A DNA stretch of 64,000 nt from an uncultured Bacteroidota bacterium (GCA_963843605.1 CAWJLA010000004.1:219282-283281), one strand, 5' to 3'; counted from the stretch's first letter, positions 1 through 11,794 are shown. A program made the numbers and translations. The notes: generated by a model not told the origin, from the sequence alone.

Positions 1-188
1 CCTTGTTTTCTTTTGAATCGTCCGGCCTTGTGACTATAATTTCATTGTCTTTAATGGCTATTTTTATATTCGGATGAAATTCATTCTGAAGTTCACCCTT
101 TGGTCCTTTTACGTTAATGCTTTGACCGCTTTGTGCGACATTAACACCAGAAGGTAATTACAATAGGTTTTTTACCGATTCGTGACAC
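1..188 (-). pseudogene. rplF: 50S ribosomal protein L6, N-terminal part (gene runs off the window start); frame broken by a 1-nt insertion near 155
   Basis: GTG start at 186-188 with GGAG 9 nt upstream. It reads VSRIGKKPIVI, then after skipping one base PSGVNVAQSGQSINVKGPKGELQNEF..., a typical L6 N-terminus. Follows rpsH in spc-operon order. Confidence 0.8.
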
Positions 189-250
189 TTTTCAAACTCC
201 GTTTAATTTTACTCTTTGAAATCACCGCTTAATGCGGGATCAAAGATATG

Positions 251-648
251 TTACCAGATATAACAAACTACTTCACCGCCGAGGGAATCATTTCTTGCTT
301 CTTTGTCTGTCAATAAACCTTTTGAGGTTGAAATAACTGCGATTCCCAATCCGTTCAATACTCTGCGGTAATTCGCCTGAGCCTTTATAAACACTAAGAC
401 CCGGTGTACTGATTCTTTTTAAACCGTTTATAGCAGGAGTGCCGTTAGTATACTTTAAGTTGAATCTTAAGAACATTTTGTTTATTGTCATCAATAACAG
501 AAAAATCCTCAATAAATTTTTGCTTCTTTAAGATCTCGGCCAAATTTTTCTTCATATTCGATGAAGGTATTTCCACTCTGGGCTTTTTAGCTTTTGAAGC
601 ATTTCTAATTCTAGTTAGAAAATCTGAAATCGGATCTGTAACAGGCAT
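251..648 (-). pseudogene. rpsH: 30S ribosomal protein S8, interrupted by two 1-nt insertions (about 454-456 and about 362)
   Basis: Track ORFs 445-648 and 288-512 plus a third frame join to [17 protein letters not shown]...[21 protein letters not shown]...[36 protein letters not shown]. Length 398 nt = 396+2. Confidence 0.85.
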
Positions 649-661
649 ATATCTTCTCCTT

Positions 662-932
662 TTACCAACTTGACTTTTTTAATCCGGGGATTTCGCCCTT
701 CAAGGCCATTTCCCTTAATACCAAACGCGAAACTACCGAACTTTCGGTAGTAAGATCTGGCCCTACCAGTAAACATGCACCGGTTATGTAACCTTACCGG
801 TGAAGAATTTTTAGGCAACTTTTGAAGAGCATCATAATCGCCTTTTTCTTTCAATTCTTTTCTAAGCTTTGAATATTTTTCTACAAGCTTCTCTCTTTTT
901 GCTTCTCTAGCTATTAAACTTTTACGAGCCAT
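662..932 (-). pseudogene. rpsN: 30S ribosomal protein S14, 1-nt insertion near 734
   Basis: [16 protein letters not shown]...[16 protein letters not shown], then in the shifted frame [23 protein letters not shown], the canonical S14 C-terminus. 271 nt = 270+1. Confidence 0.85.
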
Positions 933-1602
933 TAATTCTCCTGTTTACGCTTGTTTTAATTTCTTTTTTTCTAAATGGGAAGCCGAACGACTGAAGCAGT
1001 TCATAAGCTTCGTTATCTGTTTCAGCTGTTGTTACAAATGTAATATCCATTCCGAAAACTTTGGTGATCTTATCAACATTTATTTCCGGGAATATAATTT
1101 GCTCTTTTATACCCAGAGTGTAGTTCCCTCTTCCGTCGAACGATTTATCCGAAAGGCCTCTGAAATCTCTTACACGCGGAAGCGCAATATTTATAAGTCT
1201 GTCCATAAACTCGAACATTATTTCGCGTCTCAATGTAACTATCGCGCCGATGTTTACGCCTTCTCGTAATTTGAAATTAGAAATCGCCTTTTTAGCTTTT
1301 CTAATGCTCGCCTTTTGGCCTGTAATTGTTTCGAGATCTTTTACGGCTTCTTCCAGAATTTTTTGATCAGAAACAGCCGCTCCCACACCCATATTAACAA
1401 CAATTTTAACGAGCTTTGGTACCTGCATAATACTTTTATAACCAAACTTTTTGCTGAGCGCAGGAACTATCTCGGATTTATATACATTTCCGAGTCTGCT
1501 GTTTATCTTTATTTCTTTTTCAGGAGCCGCCTTGGCAGCTTCTTTTTTTGCTCCCTTAGGTTGCTTTTCGGTACTATCTTTTTTTGTTTTCTTTTCTGCC
1601 AT
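922..1602 (-). CDS. rplE: 50S ribosomal protein L5 with a ~35-aa Lys/Ala/Glu-rich N-terminal extension
   Basis: 226-aa ORF. Core [40 protein letters not shown] aligns with L5 N-termini. No alternative in-frame start near the conserved core. ATG lies 31 nt after the rplX stop. Confidence 0.85.
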   Translation of the reverse strand: MAEKKTKKDSTEKQPKGAKKEAAKAAPEKEIKINSRLGNVYKSEIVPALSKKFGYKSIMQVPKLVKIVVNMGVGAAVSDQKILEEAVKDLETITGQKASIRKAKKAISNFKLREGVNIGAIVTLRREIMFEFMDRLINIALPRVRDFRGLSDKSFDGRGNYTLGIKEQIIFPEINVDKITKVFGMDITFVTTAETDNEAYELLQSFGFPFRKKEIKTSVNRRINGS

Positions 1603-1633
1603 TATTCAATTAAACCTTGAGTAAATTTAGTTG

Positions 1634-1959
1634 TTAAATCATCTCGCCGCTTGTTCTGCTGACACGGACTCTCTTTTTCTTACCGGTTTTATCGTCAAGA
1701 ATAATCTGTGAGCCGAGCCTTGCCGGTTCATTGTTGTTTGGATCAATAAGCATTACGTTTGAAACATGAATAGGAGATTCTTTTTCAATTATCCCGCCTT
1801 GAGGATTACTTCTGGCTGGGTTTTGTATGTCTTTTCCTTAGATTGATCCCTTCAACAATAACTCTGGATTCCTTACGGAAAACCTTTAATACTTTTACCG
1901 GTTTTGCCTTTGTCGTTACCGGATATAACCATTACATTATCATTTTTTCTGATTTTCAT
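1634..1959 (-). pseudogene. rplX: 50S ribosomal protein L24, two 1-nt insertions (about 1893-1896 and about 1808)
   Basis: No ORF of 60 aa or more in the track. Manual three-frame reading gives [73 protein letters not shown]...GEMI*. 326 nt = 324+2. Confidence 0.8.
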
Positions 1960-1974
1960 TTCAATCCCAAATCT

Positions 1975-2343
1975 TTATAAAACTTCAGGTGCTAAAGAAA
2001 CAATTTTCATAAACTGTTTTTCTCTTAATTCTCTTGCTACCGGACCAAAAATACGAGTTCCTTTCGGTTCGTTCTGATTATTTATCAGAACAGCCGCATT
2101 TTCGTCGAATCTGATATAAGAACCGTCTTTTCTTCTAACTTCTTTTTTAGTTCTAACAATAACCGCTCTGGAAACTTCACCTTTTTTAACTGTGCCGTTG
2201 GGAATTGCAGATTTAACAGCTACAACAATCAAATCGCCAACACTGGCATATTGTCTGCCGCTTCCGCCAAGTACTCGGATGCATCTTACTTTTTTTGCGC
2301 CGGAATTATCGGCGACTACTAAATTCGTTTCTTCTTGAATCAT
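1975..2343 (-). CDS. rplN: 50S ribosomal protein L14
   Basis: 122 aa, [27 protein letters not shown]...; operon position. Confidence 0.95.
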   Translation of the reverse strand: MIQEETNLVVADNSGAKKVRCIRVLGGSGRQYASVGDLIVVAVKSAIPNGTVKKGEVSRAVIVRTKKEVRRKDGSYIRFDENAAVLINNQNEPKGTRIFGPVARELREKQFMKIVSLAPEVL

Positions 2344-2365
2344 TTTAGCACTACTCCTTGCTTTA

Positions 2366-2623
2366 CTACTTGGCTTTTTCTACAATTTCTACTAAACGCC
2401 ATCTTTTTTTTGAACTCAAAGGACGTGTTTCCATAATTTTTACTTTATCACCAATGCTGCATTCATTTTTTTCATCGTGAGCCATCAACTTTGTGGTTTT
2501 CTTAAAATATTTTTTATAAATCGGATGAGGAACTCTTCTTTCGATAGCAACGGTAATGGTTTTTTCCATTTTATTGCTTACAACTACACCGATTCTGGTT
2601 TTTCTTAATGCACGTTGTTCCAT
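2366..2623 (-). CDS. rpsQ: 30S ribosomal protein S17
   Basis: 85 aa, [33 protein letters not shown]...; GGAG upstream. Confidence 0.95.
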   Translation of the reverse strand: MEQRALRKTRIGVVVSNKMEKTITVAIERRVPHPIYKKYFKKTTKLMAHDEKNECSIGDKVKIMETRPLSSKKRWRLVEIVEKAK

Positions 2624-2647
2624 ATTTAAGCATTAACTCCTTCTTTA

Positions 2648-2863
2648 TTATCTTTTGCGGCGAGCTGTTTTTCTGCCAGCTTCTCTCTCTTTTAGAATTG
2701 TTTTCATCCTTGCAATATCTTTTTGACCAGTTTTCATTTAGCAGTATTAGTTAAGCTGTTTAAGCTGGTGTGTAAAACGTAAATCGATTAGATTTTTTTC
2801 TTCTTCTTCAATCTGTTTTAGCAGCTCTTCGTCTTTCATTTCTCTTATTTCATGAATTTTCAT
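2648..2863 (-). pseudogene. rpmC: 50S ribosomal protein L29 with two closely spaced compensating indels (about 2741-2755) that create in-frame stops
   Basis: MKIHEIREMKDEELLKQIEEEEKNLIDLRFTHQLKQL, then TNTAK in the +1 frame, then back to MKTGQKDIARMKTILKERE... Lies between rplP and rpsQ as expected. The C-terminal end is uncertain. Confidence 0.65.
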
Positions 2864-2882
2864 TCTTACACAAACCTTTTAA

Positions 2883-3299
2883 TTATTCAAAGTCCGGTCT
2901 TGCAACAACTTTAGTTTTAATAGGTAATTTATAGGCGCATGTTTTTAAGGCTTCATGAGCAATTTCTTTTGAAACACCGGCAACTTCAAACAAAACTCTT
3001 CCCGGTTTAACAACCGCAACCCAAAATTCAGGAGCTCCTTTTCCTTTACCCATTCTTGTTTCAAGAGGTTTTTTAGAAACAGGTTTATCCGGGAAAATTC
3101 TAATCCAAACTTTACCGTCTCTTTTCATTTTTCTTGAAAGAGCAACACGGCAAGCTTCAATCTGCCTGCTTGTAATCCAATGCGGCTCCAGTGCTTTCAA
3201 TCCGAAATCCCCGAAAGAAACTGCACTGCCGCGTTTGGCTTTTCCGGCCATTCTTCCGCGTTGTGATTTTCTAAACTTTACTCTTTTAGGCATTAACAT
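2883..3299 (-). CDS. rplP: 50S ribosomal protein L16
   Basis: 138 aa, [24 protein letters not shown]... Confidence 0.95.
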   Translation of the reverse strand: MLMPKRVKFRKSQRGRMAGKAKRGSAVSFGDFGLKALEPHWITSRQIEACRVALSRKMKRDGKVWIRIFPDKPVSKKPLETRMGKGKGAPEFWVAVVKPGRVLFEVAGVSKEIAHEALKTCAYKLPIKTKVVARPDFE

Positions 3300-3324
3300 G
3301 ATAAAAAACTCCCGATAATTTTAT

Positions 3325-3963
3325 TCAGTAACTCTTTTTCCCAAGTATTTCTCCGCGGCAAATCCAAACCTTTATTCCTATCGATCCATAAATTGTTTCT
3401 GCTCTTCCGTTGGCATAATCAATATCGGCTCTTATAGTATGCAGAGGAATTCTGCCTTCTTTATATTGTTCAGTACGAGCCATTTCCGCGCCGCCTAATC
3501 TGCCTGCGCACATAATTCTAATACCTTCGGCTCCCATTCTCATCGCAGCAGTAATCGCCATTTTCATTGCTCTTCTGAAAGAAACTCTTCCTGCAAGCTG
3601 ATTTGCTATATTTTCGGCAACCAGATAAGCATCGAGTTCAGGTCTTTTAATTTCAGAAATCTGAACTTTAACTTCTTTATCGGTAACTTGTTTTAATTCC
3701 TGTTCAAGTTGCGTAATTTCTTTACCGCTTTTTCCGATAACAACACCCGGCCTGGAAGTATGAATAGTTAAAATAATATTCTTTGATGTTCTGTCGATAA
3801 CAATTCTTGAAATACCCGCCTTCTTTAAACGGTTCCTGATATAAGATCTAAGCTTATCATCTTCCTTTAATTTGGAAGCATAACTTTTATTTTCATACCA
3901 ATTAGAGTCCCATCCTCTAATAATTCCAACTCTAAATCCGATCGGGTTTGTTTTCTGTCCCAA
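3325..3963 (-). CDS. rpsC: 30S ribosomal protein S3
   Basis: 212 aa, [23 protein letters not shown]..., KH and S3-C motifs; AGGAGG RBS. Confidence 0.95.
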   Translation of the reverse strand: MGQKTNPIGFRVGIIRGWDSNWYENKSYASKLKEDDKLRSYIRNRLKKAGISRIVIDRTSKNIILTIHTSRPGVVIGKSGKEITQLEQELKQVTDKEVKVQISEIKRPELDAYLVAENIANQLAGRVSFRRAMKMAITAAMRMGAEGIRIMCAGRLGGAEMARTEQYKEGRIPLHTIRADIDYANGRAETIYGSIGIKVWICRGEILGKKSY

Positions 3964-3982
3964 AAAAATATCCTCCTAAAGT

Positions 3983-4328
3983 TTATGCCTTTTTTGCAAC
4001 TACAATAGTTAAATGACACGACCTTTTTCTAATTCTGTAAGCCCGTCCCATTGGAGCGGGAGAAATTCTTTTAAGTGTAGGTCCCTGATTTACATAAGCT
4101 TCTTTAATAAACAACTTCGTTAGGTTCAACTCTGGTCGTTTCTTCTTTATTAATCAAGTTTGCGACTGCGGATCTTAAAACTTTTTCGGCATCTTTAGAG
4201 GCATGTTTCGGTGAAAAGTGCAAAATTTCAATTGCCTTATCAACCGATAAACCGCTTATAAGATCAATCACCAAACGCATCTTCCTCGGTGATGAACCTA
4301 TATATCTGTGTATTGCTCTTGCTTCCAT
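3983..4328 (-). pseudogene. rplV: 50S ribosomal protein L22, 1-nt homopolymer insertion about 4109-4111
   Basis: Track ORF 4104-4328 (MEARAIHRYIGSSPRKMRLV...) continues in the next frame as [41 protein letters not shown]. 346 nt = 345+1. Confidence 0.85.
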
Positions 4329-4355
4329 TGTATCTTAAAATCCTTTAATTCGAAT

Positions 4356-4645
4356 TTATTTTGATTTCGAGGCTTTTTCGGCTTTTGTTCCGGGATGACC
4401 TCTGAAAATTCTTGTAGGAGCAAATTCTCCGAGTTTATGACCGACCATATTTTCGGTAACATAAACCGGAATCATCTTGTTTCCGTTATGAACCGCAATA
4501 GTATGTCCTACAAAGTCAGGGAGTAATAGTAGAAGCTCTCGACCAGGTCTTAATTATTTTCTTTCTGATTGCTGCTGTTTAACTGGTCAATTTTTGCAGC
4601 TAATTTATAATCAACAAACGGACCTTTTTTAACCGATCTTGGCAT
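4356..4645 (-). pseudogene. rpsS: 30S ribosomal protein S19, two 1-nt homopolymer insertions (about 4557-4560 and 4519-4521)
   Basis: MPRSVKKGPFVDYKLAAKIDQLNSSNQKE / [13 protein letters not shown] / [41 protein letters not shown]... read across three frames. 290 nt = 288+2. Confidence 0.85.
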
Positions 4646-4657
4646 AATTACTCTCTA

Positions 4658-5484
4658 CTATTTCCGTCTTTTAATAATAAATTTATTTGATTCTTTTTTA
4701 TGTTTCCTGGTTTTCAAACCTTTGGCTTTTTGCCCCCAGGGCGAAACCGGATGGCCGCCGCCGGAAGTTTTGCCTTCACCGCCGCCCATAGGATGATCGA
4801 CAGGATTCATTGCAACTCCTCTAACATGAGGTCTTGTTCCTTTCCATCTCGTCCTGCCTGCTTTACCCAAACTTATATTTTCCTGTTCTGCATTTCCTAC
4901 AACACCGTATGTAGCCATGCAATTAAGTCTAATCAATCTTACTTCACCTGATGGCATTTTAAACTGTGCATAATCACCTTCTTTAGCAAGAACCTGAAGA
5001 GAAGAACCGGCGCTTCTTCCGAGCTGTCCGCCTTTACCGGGTTTAATTTCAACGTTGTGAACAAAGCTGCCGAGAGGCATTTCTTTCAGCGGTAACGCAT
5101 TGCCAACTATAATATCGCTTCCTGAGCCCGACTGAATTTTTGCTCCTACCTTTAAGCCTTCGGGAGCTATGATATATCTTTTTTCGCCGTCTGCGTAATG
5201 AAGCAAAGCAATTCTGCAGGTACGGTTAGGATCGTATTCAATTGAAAATACTTTAGCCGGTATACCGGATTTATCTCTCTTAAAATCTATAATTCGGTAT
5301 TTTCTTTTATGGCCGCCTCCGATATGACGTGCAGTAACTCTTCCTTTATTATTCCTGCCACCCGATTTATTTAACGATACGGTTAAGGATTTTTCCGGAG
5401 TATTTTTTGATAATTTCCTCAAAAGAAGAAACACGTTTTGAATCTTGTTCCGGGTGTATTCGGTTTTAATTTTATAATTGCCAT
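4658..5484 (-). pseudogene. rplB: 50S ribosomal protein L2; two 1-nt insertions near the 5' end (about 5433 and about 5402-5408). The track ORF start at 5509 is out of frame.
   Basis: True N-terminus [17 protein letters not shown] / [10 protein letters not shown] / [42 protein letters not shown]... 827 nt = 825+2. The rest of the 283-aa ORF is canonical L2. Confidence 0.85.
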
Positions 5485-5537
5485 TTAATCGTCCTATTTT
5501 CGATTTCATAATCCCGAGCTAATCGGTATTACTTGCT

Positions 5538-5831
5538 CTATACTTGTTCAAAAATCTCTATTTTTTCGTCTTTTTTAAGAGTAACAATTGCCTTCTTGAA
5601 TTTTGAAGTTTTTCCTGAAAACCTTCCGCTTTTTCTGAACTGTGTTTTCATTTTACCGGGATGGTTAATAGTTCTTACGCTTACAACATGCACATTAAAT
5701 TTTTGTTCGATTGCTTTTGCAATTTCGATTTTATTAGACTTAGGATTAACAAGAAATCCGTATTTTCCTAAATCTGCAGTAAGATTCGTCATTTTTTCGG
5801 TAATTAACGGGCTTATCAAAACTTGATGCAT
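5538..5831 (-). CDS. rplW: 50S ribosomal protein L23
   Basis: 97 aa; ISPLITEKMT...; operon position. Confidence 0.9.
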   Translation of the reverse strand: MHQVLISPLITEKMTNLTADLGKYGFLVNPKSNKIEIAKAIEQKFNVHVVSVRTINHPGKMKTQFRKSGRFSGKTSKFKKAIVTLKKDEKIEIFEQV

Positions 5832-5832
5832 T

Positions 5833-6480
5833 TTAGTTCACCGCCTCTTCATTATTCCTAAAAGAATTGCTAATAATTTCAACCGCGCCTTTTTGCATTA
5901 CAAGAACTTGATTATTCAAAATATCGTATGTAGATGCTTTTCCGGCTTCCAGTATTTTAACCTTAGGAATATTTCTGCCCGATTTATAAATCGCTGAAGA
6001 ATTTTCCTTGGTTAAAAGCAGAATCTTTTTACCGCCTGCTTTAATAGCATTCAAAAACTTTTCAAATTCTTTTGTTTTAGGCAGTTCAAAGTTAAAGTCC
6101 TCTACAACAATAACCTGTTCGTCTTTAACTTTATAACTAAGTGCCGACTTACGGGCCAGTTTATTTACCTTCTTGGGTAAATCCTGTCTGTAATCTCTCG
6201 GTCTCGGACCGAAGATTGTTCCGCCGCCAACCCACAAAGGAGAACGGGATGTACCGGCTCTTGAACCGCCTCTGCCCTTTTGTTTCCACGGCTTTTTACC
6301 GCCGCCTCTAACTTCACTTCTTTCCTTTGCTTTGTGCGTACCTTGTCTCTGGTTTGCTAAAAAAGCCTTTACGGAAAGATATATTGCATGATCATTCGGC
6401 TCTATTGCAAAAATATCATCTGAGAGTTCTAGTTTCTCTCCGGATGCAGTGCCGTCTATTTTTAAAACTTCTAAAGTCAT
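5833..6480 (-). CDS. rplD: 50S ribosomal protein L4
   Basis: 215 aa; RQGTHKAKERSEVRGGGKKPWKQKGRGGSRAGTSRSPLWVGGG. Confidence 0.95.
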   Translation of the reverse strand: MTLEVLKIDGTASGEKLELSDDIFAIEPNDHAIYLSVKAFLANQRQGTHKAKERSEVRGGGKKPWKQKGRGGSRAGTSRSPLWVGGGTIFGPRPRDYRQDLPKKVNKLARKSALSYKVKDEQVIVVEDFNFELPKTKEFEKFLNAIKAGGKKILLLTKENSSAIYKSGRNIPKVKILEAGKASTYDILNNQVLVMQKGAVEIISNSFRNNEEAVN

Positions 6481-6492
6481 TTTTATACCAAC

Positions 6493-7116
6493 TTAATTCT
6501 TTATCAATTCAACATATGAATTTATTGATCCGGGAACAGCTCCCTTAACGAGTATAATATTCTGATCTGATAAAATCTTTACGATTTTCAAATTAGCAAC
6601 CGTAATATTTTCATAACCTTTTCTTCCGGCCATTCTTTGACCTTTGAATACTCTGGAAGGATAGGAACTTGAGCCGATGGAACCCGGAGCTCTCAATCTA
6701 TCGCTTTGTCCGTGTGTTGTTCCGCCAACACCTCCGAAGCCGTGGCGTTTCATAACACCTTGAAAACCTTTACCTTTGCTTTTTCCTTTAACCTTAATTT
6801 TATCGCCCTCGACAAAAATATCTGTTTTAATTTCATCGCCTATTTTATATTCAGCATCTGAAGGGAATTGAAATTCCATTAAAACCGAAACAGGAGTAAG
6901 ATTGTTTTTCTTAAATTGTCCGAGGACCGGTTTGGAAACATTCTTTTCCTTTTTTTCGCCGAAGCCCAACTGAACAGCTTCGTAGCCGTCCTTTTCTTTT
7001 GTACGAATTGAAACTACTTTGCAAGGACCGGCTTGAATTACGGTAACGGGAATTTGTTCGCCGTCTGCCCCGAAAATACTTGCCATTCCTAATTTTTTAC
7101 CGATGATGCCAGACAT
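6493..7116 (-). CDS. rplC: 50S ribosomal protein L3 (start taken at MSGIIGKKLGM; the track ORF starts 18 nt further upstream at 7134)
   Basis: MSGIIGKKLGMASIF...GFQGVMKRHGFGGVGGTTHGQSDRLRAPGSIG. Confidence 0.9.
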   Translation of the reverse strand: MSGIIGKKLGMASIFGADGEQIPVTVIQAGPCKVVSIRTKEKDGYEAVQLGFGEKKEKNVSKPVLGQFKKNNLTPVSVLMEFQFPSDAEYKIGDEIKTDIFVEGDKIKVKGKSKGKGFQGVMKRHGFGGVGGTTHGQSDRLRAPGSIGSSSYPSRVFKGQRMAGRKGYENITVANLKIVKILSDQNIILVKGAVPGSINSYVELIKN

Positions 7117-7133
7117 CTTTACTCCCAAATTCA

Positions 7134-7442
7134 TTATAGCTTAATCTCAATATCAACACCCGCCGGTATATCCAATTTGCTTAAAGAATCGACGGTTTTA
7201 TTATTTGAATTATGGATATCAATAATTCGTTTATGCGCTCTGGTTTCAAACTGTTCACGCGACTTTTTATCCACGTGAGGTGACCTTAAAACGGTATACA
7301 ATGTTCTTCTTGTGGGAAGAGGAATCGGACCTGAAACTACCGCCCCTGTGCTTCGTACCGTCTTTATTATTTTTTCGGTAGACTTATCAATCAAAATATG
7401 ATCGTACGATTTCAATTTAATTCTTATTTTCTGACCAGGCAC
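7134..7442 (-). CDS. rpsJ: 30S ribosomal protein S10 (GTG start)
   Basis: 102 aa; [24 protein letters not shown]...; GGAG RBS. Confidence 0.95.
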   Translation of the reverse strand: MPGQKIRIKLKSYDHILIDKSTEKIIKTVRSTGAVVSGPIPLPTRRTLYTVLRSPHVDKKSREQFETRAHKRIIDIHNSNNKTVDSLSKLDIPAGVDIEIKL

Positions 7443-7472
7443 GTAAAGTACTCCTTTTAATTTTTACACAAG

Positions 7473-7496
7473 AAAAGGGAGTTTTCACTCCCTTTT
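7473..7496 (-). terminator. Hairpin with a short U-tract between tuf and rpsJ (possible partial terminator/attenuator)
   Basis: Minus-strand RNA AAAAGGGAG-UGAAAA-CUCCCUUUU followed by CUUGUG; 9-bp complementarity read directly. Confidence 0.4.
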
Positions 7497-7515
7497 CGGT
7501 GAAATGTACTAATTA

Positions 7516-8721
7516 TTATTCAATAATTTTTGTTACTACACCAGAACCGACAGTTCTGCCGCCCTCACGTATAGCAAAGCGTAAACCTTCTTCCATAGCA
7601 ATTTCGGAAATTAGTTCAACCGAAAGATCTACCCTATCACCAGGCATAACCATTTCGGTTCCTGCCGGAAGAGTTGCGACTCCAGTAACGTCAGTTGTTC
7701 TGAAATAAAACTGAGGTCTATATCCGTTGAAGAAAGGAGTATGACGTCCGCCTTCATCTTTCGAAAGCACATAAACCGAACCTGAAAACTTTTTGTGAGG
7801 TGTTATCGAACCGTTTTTTGCTAAAACCATACCTCTCTCAATCTCTTTTTTATCAACACCTCTTAAGAGAAGTCCGGCGTTATCACCAGCCATAGCGGAA
7901 TCCAGTTCTTTTCTGAACATTTCGATACCGGTAACAACTGTTTTCTTGTGAACGCCTAAACCGATTAATTCAACTTCTTCCTGAATCTTAACTTGTCCTC
8001 TTTCAACTCTTCCGGTAGCCACTGTACCGCGGCCGGTGATTGAGAAAACGTCTTCAACAGGCATTAGAAAAGGTTTATCGATATCTCTCGCCGGAATAGG
8101 AACATAGCTGTCAACAGCATCCATAAGTTCCCAGATACAATCAAATCTTGGATCGTCAGTAGGAGCGTTGCTCGATCCTGCTTCTAAGGCTTTCAGAGCC
8201 GATCCCTTAATAATTGGGATTTCATCACCGGGGAATTCATATGAATTTAAAAGGTCTCTAAGTTCAACTTCAACTAACTCGATTAATTCCGGATCATCTA
8301 CCATATCGATCTTATTCATAAAAACTACTATTTTAGGAACACCTACCTGGCGAGCAAGAAGAATATGCTCTCTGGTTTGAGGCATTGGTCCGTCGGTAGC
8401 TGCAACAACAAGAATAGCTCCGTCCATCTGCGCGGCTCCGGTAATCATATTTTTAACATAATCTGCGTGTCCGGGACAATCTACGTGTGCATAATGTCTG
8501 TTAGCAGTCGAATACTCAATATGAGCGGTTGCAATAGTAATACCTCTTTCTCTTTCTTCGGGAGCGTTATCAATACTATCGAATGTTCTAATTTGTGATA
8601 AGCCCTTCAATGCGAGAGCCATTGTGATGGCAGCTGTTAACGTAGTTTTACCATGATCTACGTGACCAATTGTTCCTATGTTAACGTGAGGTTTACTCCT
8701 ATCAAATTTTTCTTTTGCCAT
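7516..8721 (-). CDS. tuf: Elongation factor Tu
   Basis: 401 aa; [22 protein letters not shown] motifs. Confidence 0.98.
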   Translation of the reverse strand: MAKEKFDRSKPHVNIGTIGHVDHGKTTLTAAITMALALKGLSQIRTFDSIDNAPEERERGITIATAHIEYSTANRHYAHVDCPGHADYVKNMITGAAQMDGAILVVAATDGPMPQTREHILLARQVGVPKIVVFMNKIDMVDDPELIELVEVELRDLLNSYEFPGDEIPIIKGSALKALEAGSSNAPTDDPRFDCIWELMDAVDSYVPIPARDIDKPFLMPVEDVFSITGRGTVATGRVERGQVKIQEEVELIGLGVHKKTVVTGIEMFRKELDSAMAGDNAGLLLRGVDKKEIERGMVLAKNGSITPHKKFSGSVYVLSKDEGGRHTPFFNGYRPQFYFRTTDVTGVATLPAGTEMVMPGDRVDLSVELISEIAMEEGLRFAIREGGRTVGSGVVTKIIE

Positions 8722-8761
8722 CTAATTCTCCTTTGTATTTTACTTTTATTAATATTCCTTG

Positions 8762-10860
8762 TTAAGTAGTAGTTACCGATTTTTTACCTAAAGTTTTTTC
8801 AGCTATTTCTTCAGCAAGACTTTTCGGTACTTCAGCGTAATGTGCAAACTGCATCGTATAAATTGCACGGCCCTGAGTCATCGATCTTAAAACCGTAGCA
8901 TATCCGAACATTTCCGCAAGCGGAACTGTAGCCTTAATTACCTGAGCATCTTTCCTTGCAGAGAATCCTTCGATCTTACCTCTTCTCGAATTCAAATCAC
9001 CCATTACATCGCCTAAATATTCTTCAGGAGTAACAACTTCAACGTCCATGATAGGCTCGAGCAAAACCGGTTTTGCTTTTCTGGCACCTTCCTTGAACGC
9101 AATGGAACCTGCAACCTTGAAAGAGATTTCGTCAGAATCAACATCGTGGTAAGAACCATCGTAAATCTTAGCCTTAACATCAACAACCGGGAAGCCGGCA
9201 ACAACACCGTTTCTCATTGCTTCCTGTATACCGGCAGAAACAGCAGGAATATATTCTTTGGGTACTACACCGCCTACAATTCCGTTTGTAAATTCGTAAC
9301 CTTTACCGGGTTCATTAGGACTTAATTCGATCCATACATGTCCGTATTTACCGCGTCCGCCCGATTGTTTAACGAATTTACCTTCGGAGTTAACTGTCTT
9401 AGTAATACTTTCTCTGTATGCAACTTGAGGTTTGCCAACGTTGGCTTCAACTTTGAATTCTCTTTTCATACGGTCGATGAGAATTTCCAAATGAAGCTCG
9501 CCCATACCGCTAATTAAAGTCTGACCGGTTTCTTCGTCAACTTTAATCTTAAAAGTCGGATCTTCGTCAGATAGTTTAACCATTGCATCAGATAATTTAT
9601 CTTGATCGGCCTTAGTCTTAGGTTCAATAGCAATTTGAATAACAGGTTCCGGGAAAATAATTTTTTCCATCATTACGGCATCCTGCTCATCGCAAAGCGT
9701 ATCGCCGGTTTTTGTGAATTTTAAACCCACAGCTGCGGCAATATCTCCGGCTCTTACTTCATCAATTTCTTCTCTGTGATTAGCGTGCATCTGCAGAAGG
9801 CGGCTAATTCTTTCTTTCTTACCGCTCACTGCGTTGTATGTATATGAACCAGATTTTAATGTTCCGGTATATACTCTGAAGAACGTCAGTTTACCTACAA
9901 AAGGATCATTCATAATCTTAAATGCCAGTGCGGTAAACTTCTCAGCCGAGTCAATTTTTCTCTTCACCATATCGTTTATGCCGATATGGTGGGCTTCGAT
10001 CTCTTTAAAATCAATAGGGGAAGGTAAGAAATCGACAACGCTGTCCAGCAGTTTTTGTACGCCTTTATTCTTGAAAGCGGAACCGCACAAAACCGGGATA
10101 ATTTTTAGTTCAATCGTCGCTTTTCTTAAGACATTCTTAATTTCAACTTCGGTAATTTCCTTACCTTCCAGGTATTTCTCGAGCAGCGTATCATCAACAT
10201 CGGAAACTGCTTCAAGCATTTCGGTTCTGTATTTTTTTGCAATTTCTACCAAATCTTCGGGGATTTCGAACTCATCAAAAGTAGCTCCCATAGTTTCTTC
10301 ATGATACATGCGAGCTTTAAAAGTAAGAAGGTCTATAACGCCGGCAAACATATCGCCTTCGCCAATAGGAAGGGTAATCGGTATTGCATTAGCGCCGAGT
10401 CTGTCTTTCATCATCTGAACCGCATTGTAAAAATCTGCGCCAGTTCTATCCATTTTGTTGATAAATGCAATTCTCGGTACTTTATATTTATCAGCTTGTC
10501 TCCAAACTGTTTCCGACTGAGGTTCCACGCCGCCGACGGCACAAAATAAAGCAACAGCTCCGTCTAAAACTCTTAAAGATCTTTCAACTTCAACCGTAAA
10601 ATCAACGTGTCCGGGAGTATCAATAATATTGATGTATGATCGCTCCAAAAGCATGTGGTTGCGGCACTGGTAATTGTAATTCCGCGTTCTTTTTCCTGTT
10701 CCATCCAATCCATCGTAGCAGCACCGTCGTGAACTTCGCCTATTCTGTGTAGTTTTCCGGTATAATATAAAATTCGTTCTGTAGTAGTAGTCTTACCGGC
10801 ATCAATGTGCGCCATAATTCCTATGTTTCGAACGTTTTCTATTGGAAACTTATTTGCCAT
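8762..10860 (-). pseudogene. fusA: Elongation factor G, one missing base about 10634-10638
   Basis: Track ORFs 10573-10860 ([31 protein letters not shown]...TTCFWSDH) and 8762-10708 (...[20 protein letters not shown]...) join. 2099 nt = 2100-1. Confidence 0.9.
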
Positions 10861-10900
10861 ACTAAATCTTAGTCTTTCTAACTTTTCATTCTATTTATAA

Positions 10901-11367
<467 letters not shown>

Positions 11368-11372
11368 AAAAC

Positions 11373-11750
11373 TTATTTAGCCTTTGGTTTTTTAGCTCCG
11401 TATTTCGATCTGCCTTTTTTCCTGTCTTCAACACCGCTGGTGTCTAAAGTACCTCTGATGATATGATAACGTACACCAGGAAGGTCTTTAACTCTTCCGC
11501 CTCTAATCAAGACGATTGAGTGTTCCTGTAGATTGTGCCCCTCACCGGGTATATAGGCAGTGACTTCAATACTGTTCGTTAGCCTTACCCTTGCCACTTT
11601 TCTCAATGCCGAATTCGGCTTTTTAGGTGTCGATGTATAAACTCTTGTGCAAACACCTCTTTTTTGAGGACAAGCATCCAACGCCGGGGCCTTTTTCTTG
11701 GCTAAGATTCTAACCCGGCCTTTTCTAACTAACTGATTTATCGTGGGCAC
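11373..11750 (-). CDS. rpsL: 30S ribosomal protein S12 (GTG start)
   Basis: 125 aa; [11 protein letters not shown]...[17 protein letters not shown]. Confidence 0.97.
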   Translation of the reverse strand: MPTINQLVRKGRVRILAKKKAPALDACPQKRGVCTRVYTSTPKKPNSALRKVARVRLTNSIEVTAYIPGEGHNLQEHSIVLIRGGRVKDLPGVRYHIIRGTLDTSGVEDRKKGRSKYGAKKPKAK

Positions 11751-11794
11751 AAATATCTCCTAATCTTATAAATCTCAAAAAATTTCAGACTCCT

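Noticed and set aside
288-512. 74-aa track ORF as an independent gene
   Set aside because: Its middle section ([20 protein letters not shown]…) is the central part of S8. The flanks are out-of-frame read-through caused by two indels.
1-5509. Interpreting the broken r-protein genes as genuine pseudogenes or as programmed frameshifts
   Set aside because: Eight essential single-copy genes cannot all be inactive. The breaks are simple 1-nt indels, often in homopolymers, without slippery-site or pseudoknot context. Sequence error is far more parsimonious.
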